Positions 1-14,614 are shown, counted from the first letter of the stretch. The stretch: DNA of 64,000 nt from Phyllosticta citribraziliensis (GCF_038025025.1 NW_027117340.1:744001-808000); one strand, 5' to 3'. The notes: generated by a model from the sequence alone, not told the origin. Numbers and translations are program-made.

Positions 1-379
1 TAGGCACATATTTAGTAAAGCTATAGAAGCTATTTCTTCTTCTTTATAGGATATAATAATCTAACTAGATATTTATAGTACTAATTTAGGTATAAGAGTT
101 ATCCTATTTCTTAGGCTATCTATATAGCTAAAGTACCTATCTCCTATAACTACTAAGCTTACTAAGCTTACCCTTAGTATCTAATAGCTATAGTAGATCC
201 CTATAGAATCTACTACTATAGGTAGTAGCTAAAGTAGTTTATAGATACTCTTACCTATATCTACTATCTAGCCCTCTATTATATACTTAATTAATCTATA
301 TACTTAATCTATATACTAAAATCTATAAACCTAATCTATATACTAATCTACTAAACTATAGTAAAAGGAGGGAAAGGAA

Positions 380-1006
380 ATAGGGGGAATTTTACTTATT
401 ATTATTATCTATTACTATCTACTCTAGATTCTTCTCTTATTTACCTCTAGTATCTAAGAGGTAGGAGCCTATAACTATAGGATCCTACTCTAATCTAATC
501 TTAGCTATAGTATTATTATCCTAAGACTATTTACTACTTAAGTACTTAGATTATAACTAGTTATTATTATTATTATTAATTACTCTATTAACCTTATATA
601 TTATACTATTCTTATTATTCTTATCTATAGTACTATTAGTATTAGACTTATCTTTATTATTATATAGGTTAGTTAAGGCTAATATCTTATTTTTAAGATT
701 AATATTTTCTCTACTATCTATTATACTAGGGTATTATATTATAGATAGAAGTACTAAGGGTCTACTAATCTAGGGTTACTTAGAGCTAGGCTTATTAGGT
801 CTAGGTACTAGCTTAGTCTTTATAGGCTACTTCTTCTTAGGCTTAATTATAGTTATAGAGGTCTTAGAATTCTTACTCTTAGGATTCTTACTATTATTAG
901 TCTTTAAGCTATATTATAGTTTATTACTTAACTTCCTAGATCTAGTTATACTAGTAAATATACCCTAGTAGTATAGTATAGGTATTATAAGGCTAGATTT
1001 ACTAGG
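380..1006 (-). pseudogene. Unassigned RIP-degraded ORF relic (K/P-rich, then probably acidic, low complexity); host sequence of element F
   Basis: Minus frame reads KNPKSKNSKTS...KPKKK*PIKTKLVPRPNKPSSK. No recognisable domain. Confidence 0.3.
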
Positions 1007-1206
1007 TATTATACGCTATATAGCGCGTATAGTTTATATTTTATAGTATTTAGTACTTAGTATTTACTACTTATATATATACTGGCTATTTATACTAGCT
1101 AAGGAGTAGATAGTTATTCTATATAGGCTATATAATAACTACTCTTACTCCCTACCTATTAATTATTAGTAGTCTATATTAATTTACTCTACTAGGTACT
1201 ATAATA
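1007..1206 (+). repeat. 5' LTR of element F
   Basis: TATT...ATAATA termini (RIPed TGT...ACA). The 3' ~110 bp closely match the E LTRs. Followed by the same CTATTAATAGGT primer site as E. Confidence 0.85.
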
Positions 1207-1329
1207 CTATTAATAGGTCTCTTACTACTTATAAGAGGATAAGACTTATTATCTATCCCTTACTAATAAGTTTTCTTACTTTAATTATGCCCTATATAGT
1301 ATTAGGATAAAATACTATATATTTAGATA

Positions 1330-4300
1330 TACTAGAAGCTCTAGGTATTATTATTATTTATAGTTATAGCCTTAGATAAGGCTAGTAAGTAAGATTATAA
1401 GCTATTATAGCTCTAGATATAATAGAGACTTATTATCTTATTATATAATATAGTTAGGAACCTATATAATAGCTAAGAGTAGCTAGTCTACTAGTAGTAC
1501 TAAGCTATTAGCTACCCTCTAAATAATACTAATAGCTAGCTAGTAGTTAGCTACTACTAGCCTATTATCTACCTAACCTATTACCTTAGTAGGTAATAAT
1601 AATAATAAACTACCTATTACTACTACTATTCTAATAATATAATAGCTCTAGGAGTAGGTCCTAGGACTTGTATAGGTAATTTATAATAGGGGTAATATAC
1701 TAGGCTATAAGGTCTAGTACTAGTTTACTAATCCTAAGTACTAGTCTAGTAGTAGCTCTTATAAGGACTATTATATATAGTATAGTAGTATTAAGGATAA
1801 GCGATTATTTAATACTTATTATAAGCTAATAGATTACCTAATTAGTAGATAGTTTCTAAGTAACTATTTACCTTATACTAGGGTATATAAGTATAGGAGA
1901 TAATACTAAGTAAGAGAGTATATAAATAAGATAGAAGTTAAATTAGTACTAAGTCTACTTAGGAGTATTAATTATAAGAAAATAAAGATAGCTATCTATA
2001 GAGTCTATATAATAAGATCCTTTTATATTCTATTACTTAACTTACCTTAGGAAATATATAAGAGGGAAGGTAGGTACTATAAGGGAATAGGACCTTATCT
2101 TAACCCTATATTTATATAGTAGATTACTTGCTCTATAGTAGTAATATACCTCTTAAAACTAAATATTTAGTTAAGTCCTTATTATAGATATAGGAGGTAC
2201 TATTATTATTTCTATTATTATATTAGTATTATATTTATAGGTACTAGGATTAGTTTATCTAAGTAGCTATATAGTTTTTCTAGGAGTTAAGTAACTTTAG
2301 TATATATAGCTTATTATATAGCTAGTAGTTATAGTATAGGTATATATAGTACTTAATACTAAGTAGTATTTAATATAATTTTAGGTTTCTAGCTAGCCTA
2401 TAATAATAGTAGCTAGTATTAGGATAACATAGCTAAGGCTATATATATTTACTCTTACCTAACTAGTAAGGTAGCTCTAGCTACTATTATTATTATTATT
2501 AATAATAATAAGAAGGATAATAGTAATAATCCTATAGCTATCTAGACCCTATTAGATAGCCTATATAGTATTATAGACTAGAGAAGCAATACTATTACTT
2601 AGCTTACTACTATAGACTTAGTTTTAGGTACTAGGGCGGCCTTTAAAATATTATTATATATATATATTATATTAGCCTATTAGGCTAGCTAGGATAGCTA
2701 TATAGTTAAGGAATAGTTAGTTTATAAGCTCTAGAAGCTATTCTATAATATTACTATAGCCTAGATTATAGCTAGTTATAGTAAGCTATTATTAATTTTA
2801 GACTAGGCTACTAATATTAGCTAGGCTAAACTATTATCTATACTATACCTAATAGGCTACTACTAGGGAATAATTTATACCTTAGCTTTACTAGCTAGGC
2901 CCTCCTACTAGATAACCCCTACTATTAGTACTACTAGTAGTATTAAATAAGAGTAGACTACTATACTAGATAAGTATAGCTATAAGTATTATAGTAGCCT
3001 AGAGTACTAGATAAAGGACTACCTATATATAGACCTTACTAGTTATTAGCTAATCTATACCTATGTAGCTACTAGTATAGAGGAGGTCTAGGATAACTTT
3101 ATAGATATAGAGGATAAAGGTAAGGTTACTAGTATAGAGTCTAGTAATAAACTAGAGTTAGAAAATAAGTAGCCTCCTATAAAACTACTATAGGAGGTAC
3201 CACCTATAAGATAGCTATTAGTTATTTAATATAATTAGAGAATAGAGTTACTAGTCCTTCTTAATACTCTTATACTATATATATTTATATATATCCTAAT
3301 ATATTACTAAAGCTAGTTTATATCCTTATTAACTCTAGATATATAGGTAGCTTATATATAAGTTATTTACTTAAGTATAAGCTTATTACTACTAGTGCCT
3401 AGAAGTAGCAGCTATATAGGCTAATAATTAGTAGTAACTATATATAAAGCTAGACCTAATAGCTTACCTATAAGCTTATTATAGGCCTATCTTTTAGCTT
3501 AGTAAATACTACTAATATAGCCTTATAAAACTTATAGGCTTTAATAACTATTACCTAAATTAGCTCTATATATAATTTATTTATTAGCCTAGAGTATATA
3601 TATTAATTTAGGTTTATCTTAGACCTAGTATCTATAGTATATAGATTTATAGAGTAAAGTTAGTTAGTTTATATTAGTATAGTACTAATTTATAAAATAT
3701 TATTATAGCTAAACTCTAGGTAGCCTCTAGGCTAATTAAATCCTTACTACCTACTCTAATAATATCTTAGATATTATAAGTAAGTATAGCCTATCTATCT
3801 ATATCCTCTATAGCTATACCCTTACTAATAACTATAACTATAACTCCCTACTAGACTAGTAGCTAGTTATCTAATAACTATACCTTACTACTATTACTAT
3901 CTATAAATAATACTACCTTATCCCTACTATAGCCTACTACTATAACTTCTATTAAGATCTTATACTATAGCTAACCTCTTAATAATAATCTACTAGTCTC
4001 TTCTATATAAGTTAGTATTAAATTAGTAGGCTAGCTACCCTAGCTATAATATTATAAGCTAGGGCTACTAGAATATACCTAGTTATATTACTAATACTAA
4101 AGCTAATAGCTATTAAGGACTATCTCTACTATTAAGGAGACTATAAGTTACCTTAATAATTAGAGCTAGTCCTAGGTAAGCTTATTAGCTAATATTATAC
4201 TAATTACTACTTTTAATATAGTCCTACTCTAATACTAGCTAGAATATAAGGCCTACTCTATCTATACCTTTACTCCTATTAATTACTTATAGTATACTAA

Positions 4301-6081
4301 ACTTTACTTATCTAAGCCTATTATATAAGCTTTTAGTATAGGTAGTAATAAACCTTACCTCTATTATACTATCCCCTATAAGTATTATAAACTATTAGAT
4401 ATATTCTATAATACTAATCCTCTCCCTTATACCTATCTATAAACTAATTTCTATATAGAACTAAAGGATAGTACTAAATCTAAAGACCTTAGCTATATAC
4501 TATTCTATTATACTAATAATATCTAGCTAGTAGAGATTAAGTAGTATATTTAGGAGGGTATAAATCTTAGTATACTAGAGCCTAGTAAGGTAGGTATAGC
4601 CTTACCTATTTTACTTATAGCTAAGTCTAATAGTAGTATTTATTTCTATATTAATTACTAGAAGCTTATAAACTTATAAAGAAGGACTACTATCCCCTTC
4701 TATTACTAGATAGGATAATTTATTAAATATAAGGTACTAAGTATATTACTAAGCTTAAAATTAAGTAGGCTTTCTACTATATATATATTATAGATAAGTA
4801 GACTAAGGACCTACTAATATTCTAGACCTACTAAAGTACCTATAAGTACTTAGTTATACCCTTTAGTATAGCTAATAGCCCTAGTACCTAATAATACCTA
4901 ATAATACCTAATTAATAAGTATTTATTCTACTATCTTAGTAAGTATACTACTATATATCTTAATAATATCCTTATTTATAGCTAAATACTTATAGATTAC
5001 TAATAATATATCTAGGAGGTCCTTATATAGCTATAAGAGTATAGTTTATAAGTTAATATCTATAAGTATAAGTTCTATATCTAGGAAACCTAGTTTTTAG
5101 GTATTATTATATCTACTAATAGTATCTATATAGACCTATCTAAGATTAATATAATTATATCTTAGGAGTAGCCTATAATAGTAAAATAGGTTTAGTCCTT
5201 TCTTAGTACTACTAATTTCTACTAGTAATTTATTAAGGACTATAGTAAAACTACTAGGCTATTAATATAGCTAATATATAAGGATACCCTCTAGTAGTAG
5301 ACTAATACTAAATAATAGTTATTTAATAGTCTTAAGTATACCCTTCTAATAGTACTAGTCCTTACTTACTTTAACCTAGCTTATAAGACTATTTTAGAAA
5401 TAGACTTATCTAATTAGACTAATAGTAGCCTTCTATCCTAGTATAATAATAAGTAATAGCTCTACCCTATTATATACTACTCTAAAACTATAGTACTAGC
5501 TAAGCTTAACTATACTATCTATAATAAGGAGCTCCTAGCTATTATATATACCTTAGAGTTATAGGAGCCTAATCTTAAGGCTTATAGAATACTATTTATA
5601 GTATTTATAGATTACTAGATACTATAGTACTTTACTATAACTAAGTAGCTTACTTATTATTAAGCCTACTAGGCTAAACTCCTCTCTAGATATAACTTTA
5701 AGATTATATATTACCCTAGCTATACTAATATTAAGGCTAATACTCTTACTTATTATCTATAAGACACCCCTACTACTAATAAACTCTAATAATAAATATA
5801 ATATTAAACCCTACTCCTAGCTAATAAACTCTTAGCTAGTATATATAAGTACTAGGAACTAGCTCTAGTAGATACTACTAATAATAATAAAATATTTATA
5901 ATTTACTATTTATTAGCTACTAATACTATAGATACTACTAAAATAAATAATTAGAGGTATTATACTAGTAAGCTAGACTTACCCTTTACTATTATTAGAT
6001 ATTAGAATATCTTTATAGATAGATACCTTATTATACTAACTAAACTTAGGCCTCTCCTTATCTAGTATACCTATAAATAGC
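1330..6081 (+). pseudogene. gag-pol relic of F
   Basis: CCHC knuckle near 2985-3025, gag end ENK* near 3172, RT motif YLNN (=YLDD) near 4955-4966, RNase H NYTIYNKELLAII near 5510-5545. A 10-bp tandem duplication at 4891-4910 frameshifts RT. Confidence 0.85.
1817..2405. mobile_element. Solo LTR (589 bp) inserted in gag of F
   Basis: Inverted termini TATTATAAGCTA / TAGCCTATAATA (11 of 12 match). Flanks ATACT (1812-1816) and ATAGT (2406-2410). Removing it restores codon collinearity with E gag. Confidence 0.75.
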
Positions 6082-6317
6082 TATTATAAAGTAGTAGATT
6101 AGTGCCTAATAAGGCAAGTTGATTAGCTAATAGTTAATAATTATAAGGTAGAGTAGTAGGGAGGATATAGAGCTATAGCTAACTTAGCCTATAGCCTACT
6201 TAGGTATATATAGTACTATATAACTAAAGTTTAGCTAACCCTATACTTTAGTATCCTTATAGGCCTTATACCTACTCTACTACCTATCTACTCTATCTAT
6301 ATTAATTTATTTTACTA
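6082..6317 (-). repeat. Putative 3' LTR of D
   Basis: Lies between a polypurine tract and the abrupt break in F. TATTATA terminus at 6082 with less-RIPed bases nearby. No partner LTR in the window and the inner boundary is approximate. Confidence 0.6.
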
Positions 6318-6339
6318 CTCCCCTCCCCTCTAGGTCCTT

Positions 6340-7900
6340 AACCTAAGGACTAGCTATTAGGTAGGTATAGTCCCTTTTTATTATTTATCTAATACTAATC
6401 TAGGACTATTTCTACTACTCTATTAAATAAGCTATTATTAGTATTATACTAGGTTATATTAAGAGGATATCCTATCTAATAAACCTAAAACTATAGTATA
6501 CCTCCCCTTTACTTATTTATCTAGGTATCTAGAACCCTCTATATATACTACTCCTCTTTACTCTTATTATTTAACTCTAGTAGTAGTGGCAGCTCCTACT
6601 AACTAGGTAATAGCCTATTATTATATTAATATAGCTACTCTATATTAAATTAGTTTATAATACGCGAGCCCTATAGTAGGTCTAATATTACCTAGTTACC
6701 TCTTATAGAGTCTACTTAGTATAGACCTAGATTTAGCTATCTAAGCTTCTAGGGGTATCTAGTATCTATATATTTTACTTTAATAAAGATAAGATTATTC
6801 TCTTAGATATTATAAGTATATTAGTATTTATTAGCTTAGTATACTTATCTCTTCTTTATAAGTATAAGTACTAACTAAGTTTTTAACTAGATATCCTCTA
6901 TTAGTTTTACTTATTCTATAGCTAATATCTTAGCTCTTAATTTTAACTTTAGTCTTACTTTACTATAATTAAAGCTTATATATAGCTTAAAGCTATAATA
7001 TATAAAGAAGGGGGATATACCTATAGAGGTATTAATTAGTATATTAGTTATAAGTTTAGTAATTAGGAGCTATATATCCTAGTTATCTTACTACTAGTTA
7101 ATAAAGCTATATAAGTACTTCTTAAGCTCCTAGTTAACTTATTTAGTTTACCTATCTAACTATAGGTAATAGGGGCTTATTAGCTTAGCTATTATCTTTA
7201 ATTACTATAATACCTCCTTCTATAAGTTAGTAATAAATTATAGGCCCTAGTCTAAGATAATAGTCCTTAGTAGGCTATAGAGGCTAAATATATACTTAAT
7301 TATTATTTTAGCTATCTTTACTACTCCTATCCCTCTATCTTCTATACTATACTTAATATAGTACTTAGATTTACTAAATTAGTTATATACTATAAGGATA
7401 GTATTATAGCCTTATTTAGTTTTCTTAAGGCTAGTTATAAAGTCTATAGTAAGGTCTTCCTATAGGTACTCTCCTACTAGTAATAGCTATAGTAAGCTAT
7501 TTATCCTATTATACTTCTAGCTATAGCTATAGAGTATATAGTTCTTTATAAGATAGGTAATTAGTTCCCTTATCTTTAGAAAATAATACTAGTTTAATAC
7601 TATAGGGTATATTCTAGCTATACCTAGGTATCCTATTACTAGCTACTTATAGATATACCTAAGTAGGTAGATATATAGGTTATCCTTATCTAGGATATAT
7701 AACCTATTAGCTATATATAGTAGGCTATTATAGAGTATATATACTTTATACTCTCCTACTTATTTATAGAGAGAGTCTATTTCTAGAGTTATTATATAGT
7801 TAAACTATTTAATTACTTTAATAATATCCTCTAGGTCTACTAGGTATTTACCCTAGTAGTCTAGTTTACTAGTAATAGCTTTAGGGTCCTCTTACCTAGC
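6340..7900 (-). pseudogene. Integrase plus chromodomain relic of D
   Basis: Reads RLYILDKDNL...IYK*LVIGYLG (H..GHPG), L*EDLTIDFITSL (PWEDLTMDFVTGL) and L*F*VY*IGYPLNIT*Y (chromodomain). Confidence 0.85.
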
Positions 7901-8823
7901 TTTAGAGTCCTCTACCTAGGTATTACTATTATCTTTCTTTTTACTTATTATTAGGTTTACTATGCTAGTAGAAGATAAGATAAATAGGAGAGGAGTATTA
8001 TAATCTACTCCTCTTAAGTTTAACCTATTAACTAAGGTCTACTCTCCCTATTTATAGTATAGTACTACTAGCCGGCACGGTTTTTATAGCTCTAGAAGGT
8101 TATTTTCAGCCATTATTATTCCTATTCCTAATAGCTATTTTAGCTCTAATATAAGTAAGAGATTAGGCTGGTATAATAATAGGATAATAGATAGCTCTAG
8201 AATCTTAAAAAATTATAGTTCTATATAGTTTAGTAGTAATAATAATGGCCAATAAAAGTATAGGTAAACTTAGCATCTTTAGTAGTAATAGGAGGTCTTA
8301 TATTATTAGTATTCTTAGTAGTAGATTAGCTAGTTATATACCCCCTTTTATAGCTACTTATAGAGAGATACTACTTATATAAATAAAGTCTTTTATACCT
8401 AGTTAAACTATTATCTACTAAATACTTAGTTATTTATTTATTTATACTTATTATTTATACCTAAGTCTTATACTACTTAGATAATAAAATAATAGCTAGA
8501 TAGTAGCTTATTTTAGTTAGTTTAGTAGTTATTTTATTCCTATCCTATAGAGCCTACTTATTTACTACTAGTTACTATCTCTTATACCTCTTCTAGTACT
8601 GGTATTTTAGCCGGCTAAGTAAGTATATTAGTAAGTAGCTAGTCCTACCTATAATAGTTACTATTATTATTAGTACTTATAAATTATATTATATAGAGGG
8701 GGGGTATAGAGTTATAGTTATTAGCCTTAATTACCTTATAACCTATAGCTATACTTACTAAGCTAGAGCTTATAAGTAGTATTAGCTACTTATTTTCTAG
8801 CTTTACCTTAGTATACTCTAGGT

Positions 8824-9020
8824 TATTGCGCGCGCTAGCGCGCCTCTAGTATTTCTAGGTTTTAGTAATACCTTTCTCCCTATATACTAGCTATATATAG
8901 TTAGTATTAGCTATAAGGAGTAGATAGTCTTCCTATATAGGCTTTATAGTAACTACTCTTACTCCTTACCTATTAATTATTAGTAGTCTATATTAATTTA
9001 CTCTACTAGGTACTATAATA
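8824..9020 (+). repeat. 5' LTR of E
   Basis: Direct repeat of 14630-14826, differing by transitions. Confidence 0.95.
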
Positions 9021-9109
9021 CTATTAATAGGTTAACTTTACTTATAGAGGGTATTAATTCTCTATCTACTCCTCCCTAATAAGTTCTCTTACTCCTATCC
9101 CGCCCTATA

Positions 9110-12100
9110 AGGTATTAGGATAAAATACTATATTATTAGATATATTAAAAGCTCTAGGTATTATTAAGTTTATAGTCTATAGCCTCTAGTAAGATATATA
9201 AGTAAGATTTTAGGCCTAGATAGTTCTTAAGGTAATAGAGATAACTTATCTTATTATATTATATAATTAGTAAGCTATATAATAGCTAAGAGTAGCTAAA
9301 TCTCTACTAGTAGTATAGTACTATTAGCTACTCCTTAAATCTTACTAGTAGCTGGCTAGTAGTCTTTAGCTACTAGTCTATTATCTAGCCCTCTAGTTAT
9401 TCCTAGTACTACTAGGGATAATAACCTACCCCTAAGAATTAATAACTCTAAACTATTAACTTATAAGCTTCTAGTAGAGCTTATATAGGTACTTACTACT
9501 TATAGTAAACTAGCTAACTATAATAAGATACTAGTCTATAAGGTCTAGTACTAACTTACTAATCCTAAATATTTTAATAGTAAGGGTATACTAGAGGACT
9601 ATTATATCTAGTATTAAAATATTCTTAATAAGCTATTATTTAATAAGGCCTACTTCCTAGATAATATAGTAAAGGCTATATATATCTAGTTATACCTCTT
9701 AGGTATAGCTATATATACTATTATTATTAGTAACTATAATAAGACTAATCCCCTTAAGATCTAGGCTATATTAGATAGCCTATTTAGTATTACTAATATA
9801 TATAGCTATACCCTCTTATAGCTTACCTAGCTATATTTAATTTCTAGCTCTAGTACTAGTTTTAAATAGGACCTCTATATATACTAGATCCTTACTTATT
9901 AAGCTAGCTAGGATACTAAAATAAGTAAGGACTAGCTACTTTAGAGGCTAATTAGACTACTTTAGTTAGTTACTATAGCCTAAATTATAACTAACTATAA
10001 TAAGCTTCTAGGTAACTTAGAGTAAGTAGCTAATATTAGTAAGGTAATAGTAGACCTAGGTTTAAGCTCCTATTTAGTTAGGAATAAGGCTATAATTTAT
10101 AGCCTATTAGTTAGTATATTTTATTAGGTAATACTAGTAGTAGCCCTAGCTACTATTATAAAGTATAAGGTAACCCTAAGTACCTATAGTTATTAGTATT
10201 ATAGTAATCTAGACTACTAGATTAAGGATTATCTATACCTAGACCCTATTAGCTAACTATATACCTTTACTTATAGTATAGTAGTTATAGAGGAGGTTAC
10301 TAAGGAGTTTATAGATATAGTTAAAGAGCTAGAATTTACTATTATTAGTAAAGGTAATATTATAGCCTTAGATAAGATATTAGGAAATAAGTAGCCTCCT
10401 ATAAAACTATAATAGGAGGTAGTACCTATAAGATAGCTATTAGTTATTTAATATAATTAGGGAATAGAGTTATAGGTCCTTCTTACTATTCTTATACTAT
10501 ATATATTTATATATATCCTAATATACCCCTATAACTAGTCTATATCCTTATTAATTTAGATTATACTAGTAGCCTATATATAAGTTAGTCCCTTAAGTAT
10601 AAACTTATTACTACTAGTACTTAGAAGTAGTAGCTATATAAGCCCTAGATAATTAGTAACTATACTTATAGCTAGACCTAATATCTTACTTATAAGCTTA
10701 TTACTAGCCTATTATTTAGTTTAGTAGATTATAATACTACTATATTATTTAATCTATTTACTTCCCTAATAATTACCTAGATTAGTCCTATATATAATTT
10801 ATTTATTAGCTTAGAGTATATATACTAGTTTAGATTTATCCTAGATTTAGGATATATAGTAATAAGTATTAGAGGGGTAAAGTCTATAAAGACTTATTAG
10901 GACTATTTAAGATTAGGAGGTATCCTACTAGTTAAACCTTAGATAGTCTATAGGCTAATTAAATCTTTACTACCTACTACTATAGTATCTTAAACTTTAT
11001 CTTTATCCTTAGACTCCTCTATATTAATCTTAGTACTATTAATACTAACTATAAGTATAACCTTCCCCTAGAATAATAGCTAGTTATTCTTAGCTCCTAT
11101 CTTACTACTATTACTATCTATACCTACTACTATAACTCTAGTTAAGATCTTATATTATAGTAAACCTCTTAATTCTATTATAGTACCTACCTTACTATCC
11201 CTCTTAGCTAGCTCTAAATAAGTTAATAAGCTATAATACCTCTACTACCTTAAACCTTATCCCTTAGAGTACCTCTATTAACTAAGATACTATTATTAAT
11301 ACTAAGGGTAGTCTAAACTAGTTTCTACTTCTATTAAAGAGACTTTAAGTTACCTTAATAAGTAGAGTTAGGGCTAGGCTAGCTCTTTAGCTAATATTAT
11401 ACTAATTAGTACCTTTAATACTACTATCCTTTATTAATAGTATAGCTATAAAGCCTACTTAGTCTATATCTTTACCCCTATTAATAAACTAGAGTATACT
11501 AAACTTTATTTAATAGAGCTAACTACTTATATACTAGCTAGAGATAATAAGCTTTACCTATATTATACTATCCCCTATAAGTACTATAACCTATTAGGTA
11601 TATTCTATAATAATAACCTACTCCCCTATACTTATCCTTAAATAGACTTTAAAATTAAGTTAAAGGATAGTACTAAATCTAAAGACCTTAGCTATATATC
11701 TCTCTATTATACTAATAATATCTAGTTAGTAGAAATTAAGTACTATATCTAGGAGGGTCTTAACCTTAGTATCTTAGAGTATAGTAAGATAGATATAGCC
11801 TTACTAGTTTTACTAGTAGCTAAGCCTAATAGTAGTATATATTTCTATATTAATTACTAGAAGCTTAATAAACTTATAAAAAAGGACTACTATCCCTTAC
11901 TATTACTTAATAAGATAATTAGCTAGATATAAGGTACTAAGTATATTACTAAGCTTAATATTAAGTAAGCTTTCTACTATATCTATATTATAGACTTATA
12001 AACTAAGGATCTACTTATATTCTATACCTAATATAGTACCTATAAGTACTTAGTAATACCCTTTAGGGTAGCTAATAGGCCTAGTATCTAGTAATACTTA

Positions 12101-14614
12101 ATTAATAAGTATTTATTTTACTATCTTAGTAAGTATATTACTATATATCTTAATAATATCCTTATTTATAGCTAAATATTTATAGATTATTAATAATATA
12201 TCTAGGAGGTCCTTTCTTATCTTTAGGAGTATAGTTTATAAGTTAATATAAATAAATATAAGTTCTATATCTAGGAGACTAAGTTTTTAGGAGTTATTAT
12301 CTTAACTAATAGTATCTATATAGACCCTACTAAAGTTAATATAATTATATTATAGGAGTATCCTATAATAGTAAAATAAATTTAGTCCTTCCTTAGTACT
12401 ACTAATTTCTACTAGTAATTTATAAAGGACTATAGTAAGATTATAAGGCTATTTATCTAGCTTACTTATAAGGATATTCTATAGTATTAGACTAATACTA
12501 AATAATAGTTATTTAATAGTCTTAAGAAGGTTCTTATAACTATACTAGTCCTTACTTATTTTAACCTAGCTTATAAGATAGTAGTTAAAATAGACTCTTC
12601 TAACTAGATAAATAATAGCTTACTCTTATAGTATAGTAATAATAACTAACTATACCCTATTATCTACTACTCTAAGACTATAGCCCTAGTAGAGCTTAAC
12701 TATACTATCTATAATAAGGAACTCCTAGCTATTATCTATACCTTAGAACTATAGGAGCTAGATCTTAAGGCTTATTAGGTATTATTTATAGTATTTACTA
12801 ACTACTAGATACTATAATACTTTACTATAACTAAGTAACTAATATACTAATAAGTCTACTAGGCTAAACTCCTTTCTAAATATAACTTTAAGATTATATA
12901 CTATCCTAGCTATACTAATATTAAGGCTAATACTCTTACTTACTACTTATAGGATACTCCTAGTACTAATAACCTCTAGTACTAATAATAATATTAAATC
13001 CTACTACTAGATAGTAAGCTTTTAATTTATATATATAAGGTTTAGGAGCTTACTCCTATAGATATTACTCCTAATAATAAGCTATTCCTTATATATTATT
13101 TACTTATAGCTAATACTACTAATAATTATAAAATAAATAGGTAGAGGAGATAAGTAGGTAAGCTAGACTTACCCTTCTTAGTTAATAGGTATAGGAATAT
13201 CTTTATAGATAGCTATCTTATTATCCTAACTAAATTAAGACCTCTCCTTATTTATTATATCTATAAGTAGCTACTTACTAGCTACCCTAGCTATAATTAG
13301 TTATATAATCTACTTATACCTTATTTTTAGTTTCTATACCTTACCTAGTTAATTACCTAAGTTATTAATAACTATCTCTTATATATCTAGATCTATAAAG
13401 CTTACCCTATACTCTCTAGCTAGCTATAGCCTCTACCTATCTTATTATATCCCTAGTAATATATTACTATAGATTTTATAGGTCTACTACCCTATAGTAA
13501 TAATATAGATATAATTCTAGTAGTATATAACTACTTTAGTAAAGTATATTACTTTATTACTATAAATATCTTAGGTAATAGGACTATAGCTAAAGCTATA
13601 GCTTATATATTTATAGACTATATCTTTACTATTTATAGTTTCCCTCTCTCTATTATCTTAGACTATAGTAACTAGTTTATCTCTTACTTATAGGAGGGCC
13701 TTACTTATATTATTAGTATTAGTATAAAGCTATCTACTAGCTATTATCCCTAAACTAATAGATAAACTAAATAAGCTAACTAGGACCTTAAGAACTACTT
13801 AAGATAATTTATTAGGTTCTATTAGGATAATTAAAAACTACTATTATCTATTATATAGTTTACTACTAATAGTATACTATAAGAGAGCCTTAATAGCTAC
13901 TCTCCCTTCTATATCTACTATAGCTATAAGCTATAATTTAATTTTAATACTAAAGTAGCTATCTATAGTATCTATAGGCTAATTATAGATACTTATTCCC
14001 TCTAGTTATAAACTATATAGGCCCTTACCTAAACTATCTAATAGGTTTAGAAGGAGATAAGATAAAGCCTATTAGTTATATAATAGTAAATAGCTATATA
14101 AGTAAACTAATATTATTAGGATTATATAGTAGAGCTAGGTAAGTATATTTTTATCTATACTAAGTATACTTATATACTTTATAGCTAGCTAGCTACCCTA
14201 GATTACTATAATAATAGCCTATACTATATACTAGATATATATAGTAATTAGGCTATATTATAGCTCCCTATTAGGTCTTAAACCTATAATAAGTTTAATA
14301 TCTCTTATCTTATTATTACTAGTAATAATCTATTATATAGCTAATAACTAGCTATTAGGCCAGCTCTCTAAGATAATAATAAAGATACTAAATAGGAAGT
14401 TAAAGAGATTATTAGCTACTAGATCTTAGCTAATAGTAATCTTTAATTTAGGGTCTAATAGGTAAATTACCTACTAGACTATATATTTTATACTATAGAT
14501 AATAGAGAGTTTAATACTATATATAATATTATCCTATAGTATTATAAAAGGTACCTAGGACTATAGCTACCTATTAGCTAGACTCCTAACTATATAATAA
14601 GGTTATTACTTATT
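9110..14614 (+). pseudogene. gag-pol relic of E
   Basis: CCHC knuckle (de-RIP CWYCGNPDHWIKDCP) near 10190-10235, gag end GNK* at 10395, RT YLNN near 12145, integrase 13250-14250, chromodomain (de-RIP WEVEEI...LQFRVRWV) 14390-14540. Confidence 0.9.

Larger units (their letters stand above)
1007..6081 (+). mobile_element. Gypsy element F (relative of E), 5' part, interrupted at the start of integrase by D
   Basis: 5' LTR 1007-1206, then gag, protease, RT and RNase H collinear with E. The reading stops abruptly at 6081 in the integrase zinc-finger region. Confidence 0.88.

Noticed and set aside
285..360. Degenerate AATCTATA tandem repeats
   Set aside because: Short low-complexity array without spacers. 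Not CRISPR-like or telomeric.
8066..8620. Possible MITE with GCCGGC terminal inverted repeats
   Set aside because: The inverted match is only about 8 nt around a palindrome and no TSD is evident. Kept only as an unexplained segment.
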